From Nitrospirota bacterium (GTDB taxonomy: Bacteria > Nitrospirota > Thermodesulfovibrionia > Thermodesulfovibrionales > Dissulfurispiraceae), in assembly GCA_040754455.1 (NCBI GenBank), contig JBFMCP010000056.1, positions 1 through 13,559 of the forward strand: 13,559 nt of DNA, given 5' to 3'. Positions 1 through 6,710 of this stretch are shown piece by piece. The notes beneath the pieces are model-generated. The model was not told where the DNA came from and searched no databases. It saw nothing but the letters and a program-made list of their open reading frames with translations. Numbering within the stretch: position 1 is the stretch's first letter; each line of letters begins with the position of its first letter. The translations under genes were made by a program, and so were the position numbers.

Positions 1-1
1 C

Positions 2-980
2 GGGAGTGTCCGCCTAACTGTGTAAGTTAGAATTTCTAACCAAACACAGGAGGTGGACTAGGGGGAAGAAAAAGGCTTCCCGGCCAGAGGAAGTAAGGGC
101 CCGCATCAAGCAACTCGTTCAGCTCCCGCAACGGTTACGGAGAGAAGACCGTCAGCACTGACCTGGGAGACGTTGAGCTCAAAGTTCCTGGCGACCGCCA
201 GAGCGATTTCGAGCCCCGGCTTCTAAGGAAGCGTCAGACCGTCCTTGACGATCGTGAGGACAAGATAGTGGCTCTGTATGCCAAGGGCATGACCACGCGG
301 GACATACAGGACATCCTCGGCGACATGTAAGGAACTGCTGGGCTTCTGGAGAGATAAGACCGAGAGCAAGGGGTTCTGGCTCGGAGTGCTCAACGACCTG
401 AAGAGCCGAGGAGTAAAGGATGTGCTCATCTTCAGCGTTGACGGGCTAACCGGTATCGAGGATGCAATCCGCGCCGCATACCCAAAGGCCGACCTCCAGA
501 GGTGCATCGTGCATCAGATAAGGAACTCTTTACGGTATATTTCGTGGAAGGACCGAAAGGAGCTTGTGAAAGACCTCAAGGCCGTCTATGGGGCTGCGCC
601 CCTCGGAGAGGCCGAGTCGCAGATGCAGAGGTTCGAGCAGCGCTGGCTCCGGCAGTATCCCCACGTCGTAAAATCCTGGTGGGCGAACTGGGACCCTCTC
701 ACGACCTTCTTCCGCTACCCGGTGGAGATCCGGAAGGTCATGTACACCACCAACATCATCGAAAGCGTTAACAGCAAGTTCAGGAAGGTCACAGATGCCC
801 GCCGGGCCTTCCCCTCGGACGAGGCGGTGCTGAAGTCCCTCTACATGGCTGCGCTTGAGCTTGAAAGGAAATGGAGCAAACCTATCAAGGATTGGGCTAT
901 AATCTATGCACAGCTCGTCGTCCTCTTCGAGGACAGGCTGTTATGAGGAAACTGATTTACACAGTTGGCGAGACAGTCCC
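2..980 (+). mobile_element. IS256-family insertion sequence, internally deleted (979 bp)
   Basis: Left end GGGAGTGTCCGCCTAACTGTGTAA (2-25) matches the reverse complement of 957-980 (GGGACTGTCTCGCCAACTGTGTAA) at 19/24 positions. IS256 transposase motifs lie between them. The element is shorter than the ~1.3-1.5 kb usual for the family. Confidence 0.93.
60..946 (+). pseudogene. IS256-family (mutator-type DDE) transposase pseudogene in three frames
   Basis: RBS AGGAGG (48-53) is followed by AGG at 60-62 where ATG is expected, then GKKKASRPEEVRARIKQLV. A second frame (121-327) reads SRNGYGEKTVSTDLGDVELKVPGDRQSDFEP...LYAKGMTTRDIQDILGDM and ends in TAA at 328-330. A third frame (329-946) reads KELLGFW...FWLGVLNDLKSRGV...VDGL...QRCIVH...YTTNIIES. 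The segment carrying the first catalytic Asp is absent. Confidence 0.9.
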
Positions 981-1132
981 AATTATATCATAGAAAAAAA
1001 GGGGCATAAGAGATTCAGTTGCCTTTTACGTTATCGTGCATTTCTCGGTGCTCCTCGTTCCGGCAGTGTTTTCAGGCTATTATGTGAATATGGAAGTAGT
1101 ACGATAGCAACAGAACATGCAGTGGTGCAGGG

Positions 1133-1603
1133 TTACTTCCTGCAGGGGCTTTTCGGTAAGAGAGATTTTTTTTGCAGCGGCTTTTTGCAGACCGTCTTAT
1201 AAAGCACTTCACTCGCACCGTCCGGAGTTATATAATCCCAGCTCCCTGTACGCAGATCGTCTTCGATACGATAGTCGCTGTAGGTCTTCAGGACCTTAAG
1301 GATACGAAGCTTTTTCTTGGGGCACTTTACTTCAATGAGGGCAAGGACAACAGCGGGAAGTGCGGTAGTGTAGGCAGCGACAGGAATGGTTGTTTTTGTC
1401 CAGACCCTGATCGTGCCGTCGGGTTCCCGGACCATGCTCTCAGTATCATAGTAATTATTGATCGAGCCTCTCTCTAATATCGTCGAGCGTTGAGTAACCG
1501 CATACTTTTTATAAAGCTTCCACGTAGCCGCTTCCGCAGACGAGTAGCTGCAGAAAGCGAACAGAACAGGAAGAATAATTGAGACCAGCCGGTACAGGTG
1601 CAT
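1133..1603 (-). CDS. Secreted surface-adhesin protein E-like protein (paralog 1)
   Basis: AAGGAG RBS; signal peptide ending AEA; pattern W...YYD..S....DG.IRVW.K...EVKC..KKLR......W..I.P.G....LY..VC, which I recognise as typical of the family. Confidence 0.7.
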   Translation of the reverse strand: MHLYRLVSIILPVLFAFCSYSSAEAATWKLYKKYAVTQRSTILERGSINNYYDTESMVREPDGTIRVWTKTTIPVAAYTTALPAVVLALIEVKCPKKKLRILKVLKTYSDYRIEDDLRTGSWDYITPDGASEVLYKTVCKKPLQKKSLLPKSPCRK

Positions 1604-1651
1604 GGAGAGCCGCTCCTTGATCGTGAAATGCTGTTTCAGACGATTACCTTA

Positions 1652-1678
1652 TTATCGGCGAGCCCTGATAAAAATAAA
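1652..1678 (-). promoter_or_regulatory. Candidate sigma28 (FliA) promoter for the 1603 gene
   Basis: Minus strand reads TTTATTTT-N11-GCCGATAA against the consensus TAAAGTTT-N11-GCCGATAA. The -10 is perfect and the -35 matches 5/8. It lies 48 bp upstream of the ATG. Confidence 0.5.
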
Positions 1679-1756
1679 TCCTCTATCCTTTTTATTATAT
1701 TTCAAGGGATTTGTCAACAAAAACGCAACGTGCTGCGAGGAGTGCCGTGAGTATTT

Positions 1757-2479
1757 TCATTTCTCTTGAAGGAGATCTCTCATTTTCTGCAACCTGGTAT
1801 CGAGCGAGGGATGTGTATCAAACAGATTGCCTCCAAGGCTGTCGCCGTTTTTGAGTGCTGATTCCTGGAGTTTGAGCAGAACATGCAAACATGCCTCCGG
1901 GGGCCTGCCGAGACTCCTCACAGCCCTGACCGACTCGATATCCGCCTCTATTTCATGCGCTCTCGAGAATGATTTAAAGGCAGCAGGCTTGAATATCATG
2001 GAGAGTATGTTGGCATCCGGGTCATGATGCTCGGACTTCTGGAACAGGAGATCCCTGGACCGAGAGGCCCTCGTCTTTTTTTGGTAATGCTCCAACGAGA
2101 CATGGGCGATCTCATGGGCGAGAATACACATCAGTTCATCATCATTGAAGGTTTTTAATACCCCGCTATGGATAACTATCGTATAACCGGTTACATAGGC
2201 GTTCAATGCCGTGTCTTCAACGATAAGGAATTGATACTCCTTTTTATTCACGACGTCCATTGCCGCGACAAGAGGAGCCAGGAGTCTCACGGTCCTGGTG
2301 TAGGCGGCAGAGTCCTCATCGAGAGTAATGATTCTCGTCTCATGGACAGCGCAGGCATTGACACCGAGCGTGATCGTCAAAAAGAAAAATGCATGCACAC
2401 CATGTTTTGCAAAGAGAGGATAAATCCGCTGGGCGATAAAATTATTTTTTCTTTGAGGGCTGCGTGCATACCAGTTCAT
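1757..2479 (-). CDS. M48 (Ste24/HtpX/BepA-like) zinc metallopeptidase, probably exported or a lipoprotein
   Basis: Motifs LNAY...IVIHSGVL, HEIAH (HExxH), FSRAHEIEAD (third-ligand Glu) and THP...R. A hydrophobic segment ends in GVNAC (lipobox-like). The start is uncertain because it overlaps the upstream gene by 38 bp, but GGAG precedes it. Confidence 0.88.
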   Translation of the reverse strand: MNWYARSPQRKNNFIAQRIYPLFAKHGVHAFFFLTITLGVNACAVHETRIITLDEDSAAYTRTVRLLAPLVAAMDVVNKKEYQFLIVEDTALNAYVTGYTIVIHSGVLKTFNDDELMCILAHEIAHVSLEHYQKKTRASRSRDLLFQKSEHHDPDANILSMIFKPAAFKSFSRAHEIEADIESVRAVRSLGRPPEACLHVLLKLQESALKNGDSLGGNLFDTHPSLDTRLQKMRDLLQEK

Positions 2480-2873
2480 GCAGGCTCTCCATCATTGATC
2501 CTGCAGGAACATCTGACCACTCCGAAGGCTTATCGAGTGTACTCGATGTCCCGTCTTTCTTTTTGGTGTATGCAGTGATGCCGCGGAATTTCTTCTTTGA
2601 GCAGTCGATCTCCCAAAGGAGCTGCGCTTCTTCAAGGCCCGCCTTTTTTTCCGAATATTCCGCTTTCACCCATACCTTAATCGTTTTATCCGCGGTGCGC
2701 TGGACGGTACCCGGATCATAGGAGTAGCTGTTCCCTTCCTCATCAGAGCCGAAAGATTTCCACACATGCTTTGTATCGGCAGGCTTTGAGGATACTGCTC
2801 CAAAGGTAAGAGTGAAAAAAGCAATAACCGAAACGACAGGGAAAAGGACAGCATAGAATGAACTTCTCATCAC
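2442..2873 (-). CDS. Secreted surface-adhesin protein E-like protein (paralog 2)
   Basis: AGGAGG RBS; signal peptide; motifs WKSFG...YSYD..TV.R..D..IKVWVK...EIDC.KKKFR...SEW..VPAGS..E.L..LVC. Same motif order and two Cys as 1133-1603. The start is GTG 2873 or ATG 2870. Confidence 0.75.
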   Translation of the reverse strand: MMRSSFYAVLFPVVSVIAFFTLTFGAVSSKPADTKHVWKSFGSDEEGNSYSYDPGTVQRTADKTIKVWVKAEYSEKKAGLEEAQLLWEIDCSKKKFRGITAYTKKKDGTSSTLDKPSEWSDVPAGSMMESLHELVCTQPSKKK

Positions 2874-3116
2874 AACCCTCCTGAATAAATTTGCCGCAGT
2901 TGATTTTTGATTATACGTGTGTTGTTTCCCTCATGGCAAGCACACATCATCGATGCATTTGTGCTGTATTGCGGTGCCGGGCAGGAATGGCATCAGGCAT
3001 GGATATGCATAATGCTATAACAAATGCTCATAGGGTGAAATGCCGCCGTTGCTGGGTGATTTACACCCAGGGGCCGGATCAAAATGAATGCCGAGGAGTT
3101 CAAAATGAACACATCA

Positions 3117-3132
3117 TGTGACGAAGCTCACA
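3117..3132. promoter_or_regulatory. Perfect CRP/FNR-superfamily-type dyad TGTGA-N6-TCACA (also fits TGT-N10-ACA enhancer)
   Basis: TGTGACGAAGCTCACA in the divergent intergenic region 2874-3352. Confidence 0.5.
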
Positions 3133-3299
3133 GTTCCTGTACAGGAGCTGTGCAGGCAGGTGGATGGTCGCATCGGCGTTTCAGCAGTAAAAATGAAAGA
3201 CCGGGGCTGCGCACTTGATTGAAATAAGCAAGAAATACAGGATGATATCTGAGCAAATGATTTGAAGAAAACAATAACTATGCCTGCCTTTAAGTAATT

Positions 3300-3316
3300 C
3301 TGGCACGCAATTTGAA
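3300..3316 (+). promoter_or_regulatory. Candidate sigma54 (-24/-12) promoter
   Basis: CTGGCACGCAATTTGAA against the consensus YTGGCACGRNNNTTGCW. The -24 box and spacing are exact, but the -12 is GA instead of GC. It lies 36 bp upstream of an ATG with a strong RBS. Confidence 0.55.
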
Positions 3317-3352
3317 ATGGTAAAAGTACCAAACAGCGAGGAGGTGACCGAA

Positions 3353-3541
3353 ATGAGCAAGTCTAAAACAAAAAAACTTGTCTCAATATTAATGGAATCA
3401 CCACTGTATCTGACACTGTCGGTCAAGCAGCGGCAAACATTGCTCGACCAATTGGCAGCACAGTATCCTCATCTCCAGGATACGAGAGAAGAGGAGCGGG
3501 AAGTCGGATACGAGTCGAGCTGGTCCGGGGCCATCCACTAG
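3353..3541 (+). CDS. Small hypothetical protein (62 aa)
   Basis: GAGGAGGTGA RBS at 3338-3347 selects ATG 3353 rather than 3317. The product reads MSKSKTKKLVSILMESPLYLTLSVKQRQTLLDQLAAQYP..., helical with an acidic C-terminal part. Confidence 0.7.
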   Translation: MSKSKTKKLVSILMESPLYLTLSVKQRQTLLDQLAAQYPHLQDTREEEREVGYESSWSGAIH

Positions 3542-3693
3542 TCATCAACGCTCGAGATCGCGACATATCTTTTTCATTGAGGAAGAGCATATGCACGGTC
3601 GCACACTTCATACCGACCGCACCACAACAGGCAGGTAGTTTACCACCTGAATAAGCAGTAAGACGGCTGTTTCGTCTTAAAAGGAGTTCAGCC

Positions 3694-3972
3694 ATGGTAC
3701 AGATCAAAAAATATTACATGATACTCATCGTTCTATCGATTCCGGTCACGTTTATCTGGGGATGGGTTTTGGGCGTCAATGACGGCGTCAATACCGGGTA
3801 CAATGTTGCCTACCAGGAAATGAACAATCTTCTGAAACAGGGTGTCGAAGGCGGACTTAACTTTACCATCAACGGTGTGAACGCACGGTTTGTTCCACGA
3901 CAGGATAAATCGATTGCCTACAAAGTCTCTGCCGATGTCGGCGGAAAGAAATCAAGAAATCATAGAATGTAA
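3694..3972 (+). CDS. Hypothetical single-pass membrane protein (92 aa)
   Basis: AAGGAG RBS at 3681-3686; N-terminal TM helix followed by a Gly-periodic stretch GxxxGxxxGxxxGY. Confidence 0.7.
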   Translation: MVQIKKYYMILIVLSIPVTFIWGWVLGVNDGVNTGYNVAYQEMNNLLKQGVEGGLNFTINGVNARFVPRQDKSIAYKVSADVGGKKSRNHRM

Positions 3973-4038
3973 CAGTACATCCAATTGACCGAAGATGCGC
4001 TCTACTGATGCATCGCTTCGTGAGTGATGAAGCACGGC

Positions 4039-4076
4039 AAAAAAAGAGCCGTGCGGTGAGCGGCTCGCACGGCCTC
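4039..4076 (-). terminator. Rho-independent terminator (minus strand)
   Basis: Minus strand: GAG-GCCGTGCG-loop10-CGCACGGC-TC followed by T7. Confidence 0.8.
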
Positions 4077-4096
4077 GGAGAAAAGAGTATGTCATT
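4039..4096 (-). ncRNA. Candidate ~58-nt small RNA with anti-RBS/anti-AUG seed
   Basis: Bounded by a near-consensus promoter (4130-4103) and the terminator above, with no credible protein-coding ORF. The 5' single-stranded part is AAUGACAUACUCUUUUCUCC. The start site is inferred from -10 spacing. Confidence 0.55.
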
Positions 4097-4102
4097 AGTT
4101 CA

Positions 4103-4130
4103 ATGATACCAGACGGAAATGTCCTGTCAA
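4103..4130 (-). promoter_or_regulatory. Sigma70 promoter
   Basis: Minus strand TTGACA (4130-4125)-N16-TATCAT (4108-4103), with an extended -10 TGn. Confidence 0.7.
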
Positions 4131-4204
4131 GTGTTTATGTGAGGGGTCCTATGCAGAGCAAAACGGTAAGGCACCAGGCGCGGGCGGCACGAGGTCGTCC
4201 GGCG

Positions 4205-4522
4205 CTATTGATCGCGGAGAGGGTACGGTTGTACCTCTGCTATAGAGAGTTTATAAATCTTTTCTTCGCCCGGCTTGCTGACGATGAGATGCTTCACGAC
4301 CCTGTAGCTTTTTTGATCGATGTGACTGCTGTCGCACACTTCCCTCACGTTGTATACGGTATCACGATAGAGCACCTTGCCGGTCCTGTGGACGCTCTCC
4401 ATGACCTCGTCGAGCATCCGTTGTCTCTTTGTAGTGCGCGTCTTTCTGATGAAAGCGACCGCGCCATACAGCACGAGCGCAATGGCCAATACATAGTGAG
4501 CGATCGACAAAAAATCTTTCAT
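4205..4522 (-). CDS. Hypothetical membrane-anchored protein (105 aa)
   Basis: N-terminal hydrophobic helix followed by a basic stretch; weak AAGG RBS; fills the gap divergently from the transglycosylase gene. Confidence 0.7.
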   Translation of the reverse strand: MKDFLSIAHYVLAIALVLYGAVAFIRKTRTTKRQRMLDEVMESVHRTGKVLYRDTVYNVREVCDSSHIDQKSYRVVKHLIVSKPGEEKIYKLSIAEVQPYPLRDQ

Positions 4523-4676
4523 GAAACCTTACCAAAGAGGCAGTTTATGACATTTTACCGCATAACCCGTGCCAATGCGCAAGTAAATAGTAACATCCTG
4601 AAATGCAACGGAACCCTGTTATTTCTCAAAAGAAAACACGGGAAGATATTTTTCTGAGGAAAAATTTTCCTTTTCT

Positions 4677-4684
4677 GCCGATAA
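4677..4684 (+). promoter_or_regulatory. Sigma28-type -10 box GCCGATAA upstream of the transglycosylase
   Basis: Exact GCCGATAA 21 bp upstream of ATG 4706. The -35 match is poor, only A/T-rich. Confidence 0.4.
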
Positions 4685-4705
4685 ATAGATAAGGAGGAGC
4701 CACGT

Positions 4706-5512
4706 ATGAAAGGACAGAGCGGTGGAGACACTCAAACCTTGAATATGCGTATCTCAGCGTGGTATCATTTATCAATGATTGCGATACTGATTTTTATGGT
4801 TTTTTTATTTGCCGGGACCGCGGCCGAAGCTGATATTTACCAATCGGTTGCAACCGATGGGTCACTCCATTTTACCAACACCCCTGTTGACAGGAGCGGC
4901 AAGATGGTGCTCAAGGAGGAGTCGCCTGCCAAGGAACAGCAGAATGCCGTCAAAGAGCAGCAAAAGGGGTATCGGCGCGCGGCCGCGTTTTACGATACAG
5001 GCGACTACCAGAGCATCATCGAGGAGAAGGCCCGCCAGCATAATATGGACCCTCAATTGATCAAGGCGGTGATAAAGACCGAATCGAACTGGAATGCCAA
5101 TGCCGTCTCGCCCAAAGGCGCCTGCGGCCTCATGCAGCTGATGCCGACGACCGCCTCGCTTCTGGGAGTTGCCGATATCTTCGATCCCGAAGAAAATATC
5201 GACGGGGGCACCAGGTACCTGAAGTACCTCCTCGGTAAATTCGACGGCAATGTCACCCTGGCCCTTGCCGCATATAATGCCGGGCCAAAGCGGGTGGAAA
5301 GAAAAGGCGGGATTCCCTCCATTCCCGAAACAGTGGCGTACGTCAAGAAGGTCTTGGGCTATTACAACGGAAATACGATGATCAATATAAATTCACAGGA
5401 AATACAGAGAGAGATCAAGAAGGAGTTCAACCGTATCAAGAAACTCATCATGGAGGACGGTACCGTACTCTTTACCAATTCTTATCTCGCCAATTCCTAT
5501 CTGAAAAAGTAA
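4706..5512 (+). CDS. Lytic transglycosylase (SLT domain) with N-terminal DUF4124-like domain
   Basis: AAGGAGGAG RBS; signal peptide ending AEA; DIYQSVATDGSLHFTNTP (DUF4124-like); SLT motifs IKTES (catalytic Glu), SPKGACGLMQLMP and ALAAYNAG, then ET..YV.KV. Confidence 0.92.
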   Translation: MKGQSGGDTQTLNMRISAWYHLSMIAILIFMVFLFAGTAAEADIYQSVATDGSLHFTNTPVDRSGKMVLKEESPAKEQQNAVKEQQKGYRRAAAFYDTGDYQSIIEEKARQHNMDPQLIKAVIKTESNWNANAVSPKGACGLMQLMPTTASLLGVADIFDPEENIDGGTRYLKYLLGKFDGNVTLALAAYNAGPKRVERKGGIPSIPETVAYVKKVLGYYNGNTMININSQEIQREIKKEFNRIKKLIMEDGTVLFTNSYLANSYLKK

Positions 5513-5521
5513 GGCCCGTTG

Positions 5522-6508
5522 ATGTCTGTTGCGATCGAGACGATTCAGGAAGAGATACTAAAGCTCAAGCAGGAGCGCAAGGCGATTATCCTCGCGCACA
5601 ATTACCAGCGCGACGAGGTGCAGGATATCGCTGACTTCATCGGCGACTCCCTCGAGTTGTCGCGTAAGGCATCGACCATGGATTGCGAAGTGATTGTTTT
5701 CTGCGGCGTTCACTTCATGGCTGAAAGCGCTTCGATCCTCTCTCCTGAAAAGACCGTCCTGCTGCCCGAGCCGGGCGCCACGTGTCCTATGGCGGAGATG
5801 ATTCAGGTGAGCGCGCGGCGCCAGGTCTGGAAAACGTTCCCCGGTTATGCAGTGCAGCCGGCCTTTGTGTTCCCCCATGAGTTCACCTTGAGAGACATAA
5901 AAGCCAAATATCCCGGCGTTCCTGTCGTCGCCTATGTCAATACGACTGCGGAGGTAAAGGCGGAGAGCGACATCTGCTGCACCTCTGCCAATGTAGTGAA
6001 GGTCATCGAATCGCTTCCTGACGAGCGGGTGATCTGCATCCCCGACCGTAATCTCTCGATGTGGGCGGCAAAGAATACGAAAAAGCAGATCATTGCCTGG
6101 GACGGTTTTTGCCACGTTCACGACAGGGTAACAAAAGAAGATGTCATCAATGCCCGTCGAAAGCACCCTCATGCTCTTGTCATGGCCCACCCTGAGTGTA
6201 GGCTCGAGGTGCTTGAGCTTGCCGATCATGTAACCAGCACGTCGGGCATGCTGCGCTTTGTCCATGCTTCTGATGCAAAAGAATTTATTGTGGGTACTGA
6301 ACTGGGATTGATGCACCGGCTGAAGCTGGGGAATCCCGGAAAAGTTTTCCATCCGCTCAGGACCGATATGATCTGCCCCAATATGAAAAAGACCACCCTG
6401 AAGAGCGTTCTTACCGCTCTGAAAGAGATGAAGCATGTCATCAAGGTTCCAGAGGATATCCGTATCCCCGCCAAAAGGGCACTGGACAGAATGCTCGAAA
6501 TCAAATAG
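5522..6508 (+). CDS. nadA: Quinolinate synthase A
   Basis: Motifs ILAHNYQ, GDSLELS, FCGVHFMAE, YVNTTAEVKAESDICCTS and AHPEC, plus three Fe-S Cys (CPMA, CHVH, CPNMK). The start is ATG 5522 or TTG 5519. Confidence 0.97.
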   Translation: MSVAIETIQEEILKLKQERKAIILAHNYQRDEVQDIADFIGDSLELSRKASTMDCEVIVFCGVHFMAESASILSPEKTVLLPEPGATCPMAEMIQVSARRQVWKTFPGYAVQPAFVFPHEFTLRDIKAKYPGVPVVAYVNTTAEVKAESDICCTSANVVKVIESLPDERVICIPDRNLSMWAAKNTKKQIIAWDGFCHVHDRVTKEDVINARRKHPHALVMAHPECRLEVLELADHVTSTSGMLRFVHASDAKEFIVGTELGLMHRLKLGNPGKVFHPLRTDMICPNMKKTTLKSVLTALKEMKHVIKVPEDIRIPAKRALDRMLEIK

Positions 6509-6550
6509 TTCTCTTTAAAATGACGGTAACTACCTGACATTCACGCACTT

Positions 6551-6710
6551 GAGGCAGGAAGGGGTACGGAAAGAAGCTTTATTGCGCTTCCTTAGATTCC
6601 ACAAAGGAAACAAACTCTCTTAATAACGACTCTTTTAATGAATAAGTGATGCAGATCTATCCAAATAAATTGCGCATGAGAAAGCTTCTTGTAGTGCCCC
6701 TTCCTGCCTC
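6551..6710. repeat. 160-bp intergenic element bounded by 30-bp inverted repeats (MITE-like or long RNA hairpin)
   Basis: 6551-6580 pairs with 6681-6710 with 26 Watson-Crick and 2 G-U pairs out of 30, and the outer 14 bp are perfect. The 100-nt interior is AT-rich. CTT flanks both sides. Confidence 0.75.

Noticed and set aside
1015..1056. Minus-strand GAGGAG RBS plus 8-codon ORF MHDNVKGN next to the IS256 end
   Set aside because: Too short to support; it may be a decayed gene start, but no homology is recognisable.
1694..1717. Minus-strand TTGACA and TATAAT, both perfect
   Set aside because: The spacer is only 12 bp, incompatible with a single sigma70 promoter.
2995..3010. AGGCATGGATATGCA as a sigma54 promoter
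   Set aside because: The GG-to-GC spacing is one base short of the strict requirement.
2891..3332. Short ORFs (76 aa plus, 72 aa minus) in the divergent intergenic region
   Set aside because: No RBS, atypical composition, and they overlap the regulatory dyad array.
4116..4127. 12-bp identity GAAATGTCCTGT with the IS end at 13450-13461
   Set aside because: Several 12-mer matches are expected by chance in 13.5 kb, and there is no other IS feature at 4116.
4103..4657. 184-aa plus-strand ORF
   Set aside because: Antisense to the more protein-like 4522-4205 gene; it overlaps a promoter and has no motif.
5558..6436. 292-aa antisense ORF
   Set aside because: Shadow of nadA on the opposite strand, with no recognisable motifs.
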